From the NCBI GenBank assembly GCA_963785235.1, contig CAWAUM010000003.1, positions 96,001-160,000 on the forward strand: a stretch of DNA of 64,000 nucleotides. Direction: 5' to 3'. A model generated the notes under the pieces. It ran no database searches and was not told the origin of the DNA. It was given only the letters and a program-made list of their open reading frames with translations. Shown one piece after another: positions 19,526-30,639 of this stretch (within the stretch, counting starts at the first letter, position 1; every line of letters begins with the position of its first letter). The position numbers were made by a program, and so were the translations under genes. This DNA is from an uncultured delta proteobacterium (lineage in GTDB: Bacteria; Desulfobacterota; Desulfomonilia; UBA1062).

Positions 19526-19822
19526 ATGAAGGGTATTGTTGTATTGGCAGTATTGCTCATCACATCAGTCATGGCCTTTCCGGCTTACACGGCAGATCAG
19601 GCGCAGGAACAAAGGACCAGGAACGCTTTCAAAATGATCCTGGAGCAGGCGGATACGAACAAGGATGGAAAACTTTCCATGACTGAATGCATGGCGATAT
19701 ACAAAGACAAAAACATGGCGGATAAGAACTGCACCTTCTGGGATATCAATAAGGACGGTATCATCACGGAAGACGAATATGTGAAGCAGGCATCGAGTCT
19801 GGGTAAGAAGAAAAAGAAATAG
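19526..19822 (+). CDS. Secreted EF-hand calcium-binding protein
   Basis: Signal peptide; DTNKDGKLSMTE and DINKDGIITEDE loops; AGGAGG RBS. Confidence 0.85.
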   Translation: MKGIVVLAVLLITSVMAFPAYTADQAQEQRTRNAFKMILEQADTNKDGKLSMTECMAIYKDKNMADKNCTFWDINKDGIITEDEYVKQASSLGKKKKK

Positions 19823-19976
19823 TCCGGAATCGTTCTCCCACCCTGCTCGGGTGTACTTTGCGGAATAAGGGGAGTCCGGCCAGGGCTGCGACAGCAACTA
19901 GACATTCAATATCTTTTTTGCCGATATCCAAGGGGATGCGCTGAAGGACTACGCTGCTGCACTAAAGGAAAAAGGC

Positions 19977-20215
19977 GGCGACAATGACCCGCTCGATATC
20001 TGAGTGATAAGCGGGAGGCCGGTGGCCCATTCAGAGGTGATCCTGAACGCTCGTGTCGTGGGTGGGATACAGCAGATCGACAATGGGCTAGCCGATGACA
20101 AGATCATTGGTATCCTCGCCAACGATACCGTGTGGGACAAGGACAAAGACATCTCGGAACTGCCGGATATCTTTGTCGAGCGCATGAAGCATTCCTTCAG
20201 CACCTATAAACCAGT
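19977..20215 (+). pseudogene. ppa: Inorganic pyrophosphatase remnant
   Basis: GDNDPLDI-TGA-VISGRP...ARVVGG...DDKII...STYK; N-terminal half absent. Confidence 0.75.
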
Positions 20216-20235
20216 AAAAGCTTGTTTCTGCTATC

Positions 20236-23200
20236 TTATCGATCATCCATGATTCCCTTGATTTTCTTAGATAATTCCAACATGGTGAACGGTTTCTGGA
20301 TGAATCCCTTGCAACCACTCTGCATGATCTCCTTTGCCTGACCATTGAGGCTGTACCCGCTCGACAGAAGTACACATACTTCCGGATTAATCCGTCTCAG
20401 ATCATCAAAAGTCTCTTTCCCGCTGTAATCGGGCATGATCATGTCGAGGATAACAAGATCAATATCACCCCGGCCTTTTTCATAAATCTGTATACCTTGT
20501 CTCCCGCCAGCCGCAATTATCACGTTATACCCGAGGCTTTCAACCATCTTAGAACCGATATCAAGGATCATTTCCTCGTCGTCGATGAGCAGTACGGTTC
20601 CCTGACCTGTCAGGATATCATCCTTGGATTTGTCTATATCCTCAATCTCTTTGTCCGAAGCTGGGAGATAGATTATAAAGGATGATCCAATTCCTTTTTC
20701 ACTCTCCACTGTGATAAGCCCACCATGATTCTTGACTATACCGTATACAGAGGCCAGACCGAGACCAGTCCCACGGCCACGCTCCTTTGTAGTGAAGAAT
20801 GGCTCGAAAATCCGTGCCTTGGTCGCCTCGTCCATTCCAGTGCCAGTATCGGTAACGATAACCTTTACAAAATTACCCGGTTTAATACCGTAGGGGCCTA
20901 CATCAATCTCATCAAGTTGGACATTTTCAACTGAGAGATAAAGGTCACCACCGCCTGTCATGGCCTGCCAGGCATTCACATACAGATTGAGGAGCACCTG
21001 CTCCATCTGTCCCCGGTCTACCTCCACTGTCCAAAGTCCTTCCTGGGCCTTTTGATGTATGCGAATCTCCTTCTTGGTCCTTCCGAACATCTCCGAGCTT
21101 TTCAGTATAAACTCGCCAAGATTGGTGGGTTTAACCTCATATTTTCCACCCCTGGCAAATCCGAGCAACTGCTTCGTGAGGTCAGAGCCGCGTTGCACAT
21201 ATTCCTCAACATTTTTCAGTCGCTCACGTAGCGGATTACCCTCATCCATTCTCATGAGGGCTAATGATACATTTCCAAGAATCCCTGTGAGGAGGTTGTT
21301 GAAGTCATGAGCAATTCCACCTGCCAGTGTCCCTATGGACTCCATCTTCTGGGCCTGGTTGAGCTGGTCTTCCAGCTTTTTATTCTCCTCTTCCGCTTTT
21401 TTTCGCTCTGTGATGTCCGTTACCATGGTTAGGAGATAATCTTCATGTGCGATTTGTATCTTTGTTGAGTTAAATAACCCGTATCCTATCTCTCCTTCTT
21501 TTATTCTCACCTGTAACTCAAGATTCTCAACACGCCCTTTCTCTGTAAGCTCCTTCAGCACGAGAGCTCTCTGCTCCGAATTAATGAAACCTACCCCTGT
21601 CGATGTATTCCCGATAACTGTATCTCTATCCTGGCCGATCCATTCCAGGAATGTCTCACTAACGTCAATATATCGACCTTCCTTGATCGTGCTTATTGCC
21701 ATGGGAATTGCATTTTGCAGGAAAGCCCTGGCGAATTTATCTACGTTCTTCTTGAGCGTCTCCTCTGCCTGCTTCCTCTCTGTGATGTCGTTGATGATTA
21801 CACCAAGAAGGGGCGATGTATCCGAGCGTTCGATACGGAACTTCCGCGTTTCGAAGACATGATCATTCCCTGCTTTGTCTCTCCATGTTTCCTCGTATTG
21901 TATATACCCCTCGGCAAGGGCCTTGTTGTCATTCTCTATCATGGAGACTGCGATGTCTGGCGGGAATGTATTTTCCGGGGTTTTCCCCAGCCACTCATCG
22001 GCGGGAAAGATATCTCCAAAAGGGCGGTTAAAATAGACAGGCCGCAGGTTGTGGTCTTTTATGATTACGAGACTGGGAGAATAATCCATGAAGGCCCGGA
22101 AGCTGGTATCGCTCTCCCTGAGGGCTTCCTCCGCCTGCTTTCGTGCAGAGATATCCCGAGTTACACCCATGATGCCTGTGGGCTCGCCATTCTCATTGTA
22201 GACGATGTTCATTGTAGCCTCTGTCCAGACAGTAGAACCATCTTTACGGATCATTTCGAGTTCAGATTTTAATGACCATTCAGGTCCATGGCGTTGTCCA
22301 CTGAATTCAAGCGTGAATTCCCTGTCGAGAGCCTCCTTGACCTTTTGATAGGATTCCGGTGCCAGGATTTGGTCGAGGCTCTGTTCCAATGCCTCTTCCA
22401 CGGTGTATCCTCTCAGCTGCAGTACAGACGGAGTCACATAGGTGTAGCCTAGGTTCAGGTCAAAGATCCAGATAACATCACGGGCATTTTCAGTAATAAA
22501 ACGATAGCGTTCTTCACTCTTCCGGAGAGCATCTTCGGCCTTCTTTCTTTCGGTGATGTCTCGGGTTATTCCTTTGAAACCAATTGGGTTACCCTGAGAA
22601 TCCCTGCGGAGAGAGACGGACGCTTCCACATTAATCTCATTGCCATCCTTATGTCTGAGTTTCCAATCAATCCCCTTTATTGTCTCTCCGGTGACATAGA
22701 CTTGGTTGAAAGCCTTGAACACCTTTTCAATGTTCTCCTTATCCATGGCTATTATGTAGCTTTTACCCATAATCTCATCTTTCGTATAACCATAGGTCCT
22801 TGTAATTGATGGGTTGAAAAATGTGAATTTCCCTTCCAGGTCCACCTCGTAATAAGCCTCCTCCATATCCTCAAGAATACCCCGATAGCGTTCCTCACTC
22901 CTGTGCAGAGCCTCTTCAGCCAACTTGCGTTCCGCAATCTCACTCTGTAGGGAGATATTTGTGCTCTGCAGAAGTTCGCTCTCGTGTGAGAGTTTATTGT
23001 GTAAGTCACGTTCAAGGAAAAATGAGGTGTTCAGCCTCTTTAAGAGTAAACTCACCGGTAAGCTTGCAACCAAGGAAATGACGGAGAGACTCACTACGAA
23101 AATAATCCAGTTAGTTGCTGGTTCCATGTATAACGGTGCCCACGATTGCAAGTTAGGGCCGATGAACACATACAGGACTATAAGAATTGCTGCATTGATC

Positions 23201-23598
23201 ACAGTAGCCGTTATTGCTGCCTGTACACCAAATAAGAGTGCTGCAGTAACTGAACAGAGAACAAGCCACCCTGGACGTGCATAGAACGGTCCCAGGGAAA
23301 TGAAAAACATGATAACCATCATATAACCAGCGAATATGAATATCACCCCGCGCAGCGCTGAATCACGCATGGCAAATAATATCAGCAGGAGGATGAATAT
23401 TCCTATTTGAAAAGCTATAACCCCAAAATTTTTCCCGGCAATATAAGTGGAAATAGATACAATAAGCGCAATGGGCAGGAGAATGAGAGATAATAACAAC
23501 ATGAGGTCAAAGTAGTAATTTCTCCAACCGGCAAGGTCTGAGAACTCAGCCAATGCTTTTTTATGCCTGAGTCTCTCCAACCATTTATCGATATTCAT
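20236..23598 (-). CDS. Multi-TM, multi-PAS hybrid histidine kinase
   Basis: About 6 TM helices, four PAS/PAC repeats (DITERK), IAHDFNN, GTGLGL, receiver LDMIMP. Confidence 0.93.
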   Translation of the reverse strand: MNIDKWLERLRHKKALAEFSDLAGWRNYYFDLMLLLSLILLPIALIVSISTYIAGKNFGVIAFQIGIFILLLILFAMRDSALRGVIFIFAGYMMVIMFFISLGPFYARPGWLVLCSVTAALLFGVQAAITATVINAAILIVLYVFIGPNLQSWAPLYMEPATNWIIFVVSLSVISLVASLPVSLLLKRLNTSFFLERDLHNKLSHESELLQSTNISLQSEIAERKLAEEALHRSEERYRGILEDMEEAYYEVDLEGKFTFFNPSITRTYGYTKDEIMGKSYIIAMDKENIEKVFKAFNQVYVTGETIKGIDWKLRHKDGNEINVEASVSLRRDSQGNPIGFKGITRDITERKKAEDALRKSEERYRFITENARDVIWIFDLNLGYTYVTPSVLQLRGYTVEEALEQSLDQILAPESYQKVKEALDREFTLEFSGQRHGPEWSLKSELEMIRKDGSTVWTEATMNIVYNENGEPTGIMGVTRDISARKQAEEALRESDTSFRAFMDYSPSLVIIKDHNLRPVYFNRPFGDIFPADEWLGKTPENTFPPDIAVSMIENDNKALAEGYIQYEETWRDKAGNDHVFETRKFRIERSDTSPLLGVIINDITERKQAEETLKKNVDKFARAFLQNAIPMAISTIKEGRYIDVSETFLEWIGQDRDTVIGNTSTGVGFINSEQRALVLKELTEKGRVENLELQVRIKEGEIGYGLFNSTKIQIAHEDYLLTMVTDITERKKAEEENKKLEDQLNQAQKMESIGTLAGGIAHDFNNLLTGILGNVSLALMRMDEGNPLRERLKNVEEYVQRGSDLTKQLLGFARGGKYEVKPTNLGEFILKSSEMFGRTKKEIRIHQKAQEGLWTVEVDRGQMEQVLLNLYVNAWQAMTGGGDLYLSVENVQLDEIDVGPYGIKPGNFVKVIVTDTGTGMDEATKARIFEPFFTTKERGRGTGLGLASVYGIVKNHGGLITVESEKGIGSSFIIYLPASDKEIEDIDKSKDDILTGQGTVLLIDDEEMILDIGSKMVESLGYNVIIAAGGRQGIQIYEKGRGDIDLVILDMIMPDYSGKETFDDLRRINPEVCVLLSSGYSLNGQAKEIMQSGCKGFIQKPFTMLELSKKIKGIMDDR

Positions 23599-23909
23599 AA
23601 ACCCTCCACGGTGAGACCTCTTCCTTCTGATAGCCTATAGATAGAGTCACCGTTGATGATGTGCTAAGGCCAATGGTTATTCAAGATCAAAGATTTATTT
23701 TGATAATCATCGCAAAAGAAGGGCAAGGTAAATCGAAGATACCATGCCAGCTGTGACTCTCTGGTATGAAGTGATAAGATTCGTCTGTTTCAACTCAAAA
23801 TCATGGGCCTTCAAACCCTTACAAAGAGCCAATCAAACCTGGAACTTGAAATCTTTGCATCTGTAGTAATGGAGAAAGGAGTGTGCCTATTCATTGCCCA
23901 CGACATCTA

Positions 23910-24017
23910 AACTTCTACCAGTTCCACCCAACTTCTACCAACTTGCCATTTCCGCTAACTCTCTGAAATCCTTTGCTGGTGTGCCTCTGCAGGCATGTGG
24001 AATCCAGAGGTTAGCAC
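23910..24017. repeat. 10-bp-period direct repeats plus an imperfect inverted repeat
   Basis: ACTTCTACCA-GTTCCACCCA-ACTTCTACCA (23911-23940); GCTAACTCTCTGAAATCC ... GGAATCCAGAGGTTAGC. Confidence 0.55.
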
Positions 24018-24049
24018 TCTTAAGAATCCCTCGGCATGAATCGTGTCCG

Positions 24050-26845
24050 TTATCCCAGTTGCTCCACGCACCTGGGGCATATCTCCGGATGGGCCTGGCT
24101 CTTGCCGATACCTTCACGGTAGTGCCAGCATCTCGGGCATTTTTTCCCTGCAGCCTTTTCCGCCTCGATGCGGAGCATGGTGAAGTTCTCGCTCTCCATA
24201 TACGGGCCGTCACCCGTGGCAACCTCTACCCCAGAGCAGATGAAGACATCTTCCAGGAAAGGCTCCACGTCTTTCAGGAAGGCCAAGGTATCTCCCTGCG
24301 CCACAAGCTTCACCTTGGCATCCAGGGGGTGGCCGATGACCTTGTCCCTGCGGGCCCCTTCGAGAACCTTGGACACCTCCTGTTTGAGCTGCAGGATGCG
24401 TTCCCACTTTCCCTTCAGTGCCTCATCCTTGAGCGCCGTATCCGAAACAGGCAGGCTGCTCAGGTGCACGCTGTCCTCCTTGCCGGAAAAGGCAGGGATG
24501 AAGTCCCAGATCTCTTCGGCCGTGAAGGACAAGACCGGGGCGATGAGCCTGGTGAGCGCCACCAGGATCCTGAACAAGGCGCTCTGGGCCGACTTGCGGC
24601 CCTTGGAGCCCGGCCTTGTACACATAGAGCCTGTCCTTGAGCACATCGAGATAGAAGGCGCTCATGTCCACCACACAGAAGTTATGCACCTGCTGGTAGA
24701 TGACATAGGGTTCGAAATCCTCATAGGCCTTGCGTACCTTCTCGATAAGATCCTGTGTTGCATGCAGTGCATAGCGGTCTATCTCGAGCATGTCATCGTA
24801 GGCAACCATGTCCGTGTCAGGGTTGAAGCCGGAAAGGTTGCCCAGCAGGAAGCGTGCCGTATTCCTGATACGCCGGTAGGTCTCCACCAGGCGCTCGATG
24901 ATCTCTTTGGAGATCCTGATGTCGTTCGTGTAGTCCTGGGCGCTCACCCACAGCCGCAGGATCTCGGCGCCGTACTTGTCGATAATCTCCTGCGGGCGCG
25001 ATGGTGTTGCCCAGCGACTTGGACATCTTGCGGCCCTCGCCGTCCACCACGAACCCATGGGTGAGTACGGTCTTGTACGGCGCGGTGCCTCTTGTGCCCA
25101 CGGATGTCAGCAGGGTGCTGTGGAACCACCCCCTGTGCTGGTCAGAACCTTCAAGGTACATGTCCACAGGTACACCCAGCCTCTCGTCGTTCTCGCACAC
25201 CGCGGCATAGCTCACGCCCGAGTCGAACCAGACATCCGCAATGTCCTCTTCCTTGACCAGGTTGGTGCCGGAACACTTTGCGCACGTGGTGCCTTCGGGC
25301 AGCAGGTCTTTCTCAGGATCGGGTGAACCATGCATCCGCACCCTCCTTCTCGAAGATATCCGCCACATGCTGGGCCACTTTCTCGGATGCCAGCACCTCG
25401 TCGCAGTCCTTGCAATAAAACACCGGTATGGGCACTCCCCAGGCGCGCTGCCTGGAGATGCACCAGTCAGGCCTGTTTTCCACCATGCCGTAGATGCGCT
25501 CCCTTCCCCACGACGGAATCCACCGCACGTTCTGGATCGCCTGCAGGGCCTTCTTGCGCAGGTCATCATGCTCCAGGGAGATGAACCACTGGTTGGTGGA
25601 GCGGAAGATGATGGCGCTCTTGCACCGCCAGCAGTAGGGGTATGAGTGGCTGTATTTGTCAACCGAGAGCAGGGCGCCTTCCCTCTTCAGGGCCTTGTTC
25701 ACGTCGTCATTTGCGTCAAAGACGAATTTGCCGGCAAACTCTTCGACCTCTTTGGTGAACTTCCCTTCGTTGTCCACAGGTGCATAGATATCCAGGCCAT
25801 AGGCCTTGCCGATCTCATAGTCCTCTTCACCGTGGCCCGGCGCGATGTGCACCAGACCCGAACCGGCATCCAGCGTGACAAAGGGGGCCAGGATAAGCAA
25901 TGATTCGCGGTCGTAAAGGGGGTGGCGTCGCCTTGAGGCGGTCCATGATCTTGCCCTCGAACACGGCCAGGGTCTCATAGTCCTTCACCCCGATCTGGTC
26001 CATGACTGCATACACCAGGTCCTTTGCCATGATGAGCACGCCGTACTCCTCCGTCTTGACGGCCGATATTCCAGGTCCGGGTGGAAGGCCACTGCCAGGT
26101 TGGCCGGGATGGTCCATGGGGTGGTGGTCCAGATCACCACATAGGTATTGTCTTTATAATCCTTGAGCTCCGGAACTACCGTCGGAGACATCGGATATCA
26201 TCTTGAACCGCACGAAGATGGCCGGCGTTGTCTGATCGTTGTACTCCACCTCTGCCTCGGCCAGGGCGGTCTGGCAGGTGGCGCACCAGTACACGGGCTT
26301 GCGCGCCTTATAAAGCGACCCCTTGCCGATGAACTTGCCCAGCTCCCGGACAATGGTGGCCTCATACTTATACGACATGGTCACATACGGGTCCTCCCAC
26401 AGGCCCAGCACACCTAAACGCTTGAACTCGTCCGCGCTGGATGTCCAGGAACTTCCCGGCATACTCACGGCACTTCTTGCGTATCTCGGCCTTGCTCATA
26501 CCGGCGATCTCGTCGCCCGATGATATCTCCACCTGGTGCTCGATGGGCAGGCCGTGGCAATCCCAGCCCGGCATGTAGAACGTGTCGTACCCCATCATGA
26601 ACATGGACTTTACGATAATGTCCTTCAGATATCTTATTAAGGGCCGTGCCAAGATGAATATGCCCGTTGGCATATGGCGGTCCGTCATGGAGAATGAACT
26701 TGTCCCTGCCTGCAGAGGCCGCGATAATCTTATGATAAAGGTTTTCCTTTTCCCAGCGCTCCAGGATCTCGGGCTCCTTCTGCACAAGCTTGGCCTTCAT
26801 GGGGAATTCGGTGTTCGGCAGACACAATGTATCCTTGTAATCCAT
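24050..26845 (-). CDS. ileS: Isoleucine-tRNA ligase, type 1; multiple apparent frameshifts
   Basis: [60 protein letters not shown]-terminal CPRC..CPRC. Confidence 0.95.
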
Positions 26846-27011
26846 TCCTTCCTCCTTGTTTTTCAAACGCATTCGAATCTATCCCACATGGCAAATGATT
26901 GTCAATGGTCTCAGGGCTCGAGGTAATTGGTATGAGCAGGAAAAAACACACCGGACTTCATTAGTTGTATTTATGCACGGATATTGAGTTTTTAAAGAGC
27001 AAAAACCTTGA

Positions 27012-27083
27012 CCCGTTAAAATCATGCATATCGGCTTCACCGATATGCATGATTTTAACGGGCTAATTTTTTGGTTTGTATCT
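27012..27083. repeat. Dispersed palindrome copy B
   Basis: CCCGTTAAAATCATGCATATCGG-CTTCA-CCGATATGCATGATTTTAACGGG then CTAATTTTTTGGTTTGTATCT. Confidence 0.92.
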
Positions 27084-27108
27084 AAAAATATATACTTTAC
27101 TCTGATCA

Positions 27109-27982
27109 CTACCTCTTCATCACGTTTTCAAGCTTCCTGACCGCCAGCGAACAGGAAAACGTAAGAATGAAATACATGGCCGTGATGGTTATCCAGATTT
27201 CAAAGGTGTGGTAGGTGGCGGACATGATCTCCATGCCCTGGAAGGTGAGTTCCTGGATGGATATGACCGAGACAATGGCTGAATCCTTGATGGTGGAGAT
27301 CACCTGACCTGCCAGCGGCGGCAGGACCCTCTTGGTTGCCTGCGGGAAGATAATGTGGCGCATCTGCTGGGGCTTGGTAAACCCCAAGGCACTGGAAGCC
27401 TCCCACTGGCCCTTCTCGATGGACTCTATACCCGCACGCACAATCTCGGTGATATAAGCCCCTTCATACAGGGCGAGCATGACCACGGCCGAGATGAAAA
27501 GCGGCAGCTGAGGCGCCGGGACGCAGCAGCCTGCCAGAAAAGCCTGCGTGCCCGGACGCAGAGAGCCAAGCAGGTTATTGATTCCCATGGCGCTCAATAT
27601 CTGATCGCTGATGAAATAATACACTATGAACACAAGCACCAGAGGCGGCATGTTGCGGATGAGCTCAACATAGGTCCTGCCGATCATTCGGCGCAGCAGG
27701 CTTTTGCTGACCCTGAACAGGGCCATGATGACCCCGAGAAGCGTTGCCAGCAGCGGTGGACCATATGCTGAGTTTGATAGTGGTGAGAAACCCCATGATA
27801 AGGAAGTTCGGTACCCAGGCATGCCTTTTTTCATCAAACCGGAAGAGGTACTGGGGTATGGCCTCCCAGTGCCAGTTATAGTGCAGGTCCACCCTGATTC
27901 GGTGGAAAACCCACAGAGAAATGGCTGCAAGTGCACACAGCACTAGTGCATCCAGGACAGTTACCTTAAGCCTTTTCTCCAT
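27109..27982 (-). CDS. Polar amino-acid ABC transporter permease, one frameshift
   Basis: YVELIRNMPPLV, AYITEIVRAGI, GQWEASSALG, IKDSAIVS. Confidence 0.88.
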
Positions 27983-28070
27983 ATGTGCATCATCCCGGCC
28001 AGTGCCGGCAGAGGACATCATTCCATCATGGAAAAACACTCCCCCCTATCGGTACTGCAGTGTGCCTTCC

Positions 28071-28910
28071 CTATTCAATCAGATTCTTCCACTCCTTGGT
28101 CTCGAACCAGTAGTGCTTGCGCTCCTTAAGCCACCCTTCCGCATCCACTATGGTGATCCAGCTGTTCAGGAAATTCAGCGTATCCACATCGCCCTTCACC
28201 ACGGCAAAGCCTATGGGCTCACGCGTAAAGCTCTCTTTGATGGGCAGGAAAAGCCTGTCCGGATATTCAAGGGCCTGGTAAGCGGGCAACGGGGCCGATG
28301 CGATCAGTGCATGGACGCGTCCGTTCAGCAGCTCCTGAACCGCCTGGGACTCATCATCGAAAAGCTTGAGATTGGCATTCGGGACATGCTTTTTGGCCGC
28401 TGCCGCCGCTGTCGTCCCGATCCTTGCTGCAATGGTCACGCCGGGTTTGTTAAAATCCGACAACGATTTAAATCCCTTGGCAAGCTTCTTACTCGCAACG
28501 ACAGACATGCCGGTATAATCATAGGGTATGGAGAAGTTCACCTTGAGATTGCGCTCAGGGGTGATACCCATGCCCCCTATGATGATGTCGAACTTGCCGG
28601 TAAGTAAGCCGGGCAGGATCCCTGACCATTTGGTGGGTACAAACTCCACCTTCACACCCATATCCTGGGCGAGCCTTTTTGCCACATCTATCTCGAACCC
28701 CACAAGGTTGCCCTGCTTGTCCTTCATGGCCCAGGGCACAAAGGTGGACATCCCCACCCTGAGCACGCCCTTCTGAAGCACCTGCTCGATGGTGCTCTGG
28801 CTCGTCAGGTCCTCCCTGATGCCCTTGGCGGCAATGAGCAGCCCTGCACATGCAATGATGATGAGTACAAGAACCGTTGTACTGATGATTCTTTTCTTAT
28901 TTTTAACCAT
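28071..28910 (-). CDS. Polar amino-acid ABC substrate-binding protein (family 3)
   Basis: Signal peptide, GFEIDVAK, GKFDIIIGGMGITPER, GTT. Confidence 0.92.
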   Translation of the reverse strand: MVKNKKRIISTTVLVLIIIACAGLLIAAKGIREDLTSQSTIEQVLQKGVLRVGMSTFVPWAMKDKQGNLVGFEIDVAKRLAQDMGVKVEFVPTKWSGILPGLLTGKFDIIIGGMGITPERNLKVNFSIPYDYTGMSVVASKKLAKGFKSLSDFNKPGVTIAARIGTTAAAAAKKHVPNANLKLFDDESQAVQELLNGRVHALIASAPLPAYQALEYPDRLFLPIKESFTREPIGFAVVKGDVDTLNFLNSWITIVDAEGWLKERKHYWFETKEWKNLIE

Positions 28911-29056
28911 TGTACCTCCTTTTCCTTAGAACAGTTTCTGCATAAACAATTATTATAAAGTCAAGAAATGTTATGCGCAATGCCTTCCAAAAAAACGATC
29001 TTGATTATACCATGTTGTCCATAGCTCATGTTCAACCTTTATGCACCTGCATGTTG

Positions 29057-29107
29057 ATTATGCAAATTGTAAATTAATTTGACAATTTGCATAATTAAAT
29101 GTAGCAT
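29057..29107 (+). promoter_or_regulatory. 14-bp perfect inverted repeat overlapping a sigma70 promoter
   Basis: ATTATGCAAATTGT-N11-ACAATTTGCATAAT; TTGACA(29079)-17-TAGCAT(29102). Confidence 0.7.
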
Positions 29108-29113
29108 CACCTC

Positions 29114-30120
29114 ATGATTGCTCGTGATGCCGAACAAACCATCCGAACCCTGCTGCGTGGTTTCCCATCGTTACCCTGACCGGGCCGCGACAGTCCGGCA
29201 AGACAACCCTTGCCAAGGCTCTTTTCTACCAATCTCCCCTATGTCTCACTGGAAGATCCTGACATCCGCCTTGCTGCACAGGAAGACCCCGATCCTTTCT
29301 AAAACGTTCCCGATGGCGCCGTGCTCGATGAGGTGCAACGTGTCCTGATATCCTCTCGTATCTCCAGACGATAGGTTGATGCCGATGGCCGCATGGGGCT
29401 CTATATCCTGACCGGCTCCCAGCAGTTCGGACTATGTCAGGAATCACCCAATCTTAGCAGGTCGAACCGCCTTTGTTGAACTGCTCCCTTTTTCAATCCC
29501 AGAACTTGACCAGGCAGACAAATTGCCTGCAAGCTGCCGATACACATGCTTTTAAGGGCTGTTATCCGCCGCTCTACGACCGTGACGTGCCTACTTCCGC
29601 CTGGTTTGCCGCTTATGTCACGGCATATGTCGAACGGGATGTAAGGCAAATTCTCAAGATACAGGAACTGGAGACATTCCAGCGTTTCGTGAGGCTCTGC
29701 GCCGGGCGGACCGGGCAGATGCTCAATCTATCCTCCCTTGCCACGGATTGCGGCATTCCCCATAACACCGCCAAAGCATGGATATCGGTGCTTGAAGCAA
29801 GCTATATTGTGTTTCAGCACCGCCCGCATCATGCCAATTTCAACAAGCGTCTGGTTAATATGCGGAAACTGTATTTTTACGATGCTGGACTCGTCTCATG
29901 GCTTCTGGGAATCAGAACGCCGGAATATATGGAGACTCAACCGTTACGCGGTACATCTTCGAGACGTTGATCGTTTCAGAACTGATAAAATCACGATCTC
30001 AATCGACGGAGAACATCCGGCTTATCTTTCTGGCGCGACAGCAACGGCAATGTGGTCGATCTCATTGTCGAGGCGTTCCACCATGCGGATATCCCATGTC
30101 ATCAATCGGCAAGACGGCCT
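29114..30120 (+). pseudogene. AAA_14/DUF4143 (COG1373)-like ATPase, disrupted
   Basis: TGPRQSGKTTLA Walker A, LDEVQR, LTGSQQF, LAGR, GCYP, YVERDVR, KLYFYDAGL; several frame breaks and a decayed C-terminus. Confidence 0.8.
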
Positions 30121-30442
30121 GTAACGGCTGAAATGGCCTTGACTGTTTGGCAAGGCCTTCGGCCAAACCCCTCAATACTAGGCTGAATCTCCAAGCAGAT
30201 TATGACCTGAAAACGGCCGCTCGGGATCTTGGTCGCAAGGCTTGCACACGTTCATGAGGTACAAAACCACGGGGAAAATTGCACAGGCGAAGAGGTGAAG
30301 AAGTTAAAATTGGGGACAGGTTCTTATTTCGTTCCATATGCTTGCTCTTGATACTAGACAAAAATCCGAGCCCTGTTGTGAAAGTATTTCTTGTTTATGA
30401 GTTTCGTTGTAAAGGAGCTGAAAACTCTATACTCGGTGAGGG

Positions 30443-30612
30443 TGCACCTTCATGTTGCTTATGCAAATTGTAATTAGCTTTGACAATCTGCATAATTTAA
30501 TATCCCTTTATGCTTGCTCGTGATGCCGAACAAACTATCCGAACCCTGCTTCGTGGTTTTCCCATCATTACCCTGACCGGACCAAGTCAGTCCGGCAATA
30601 CAACCCTGGCCA
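30443..30612 (+). repeat. Diverged ~170-bp direct copy of 29042-29214 (operator plus ATPase 5' end)
   Basis: TTATGCAAATTGT..TGACAATCTGCATAA followed by MLARDAEQTIRTLLRGFPIITLTGPSQSGNTT, with the Walker A Lys lost. Confidence 0.9.
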
Positions 30613-30639
30613 GAATATCTTCAGTTATGAATCCCGTTT

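Noticed and set aside
20001-20003. In-frame TGA in the ppa fragment as selenocysteine
   Set aside because: The gene lacks its 5' half, family I PPases are not known selenoproteins, and no clear SECIS follows.
24011-24037. TTAGCACTC as a CIRCE element
   Set aside because: Only a half-site; no GAGTGCTAA after 9 nt and no chaperone gene adjacent.
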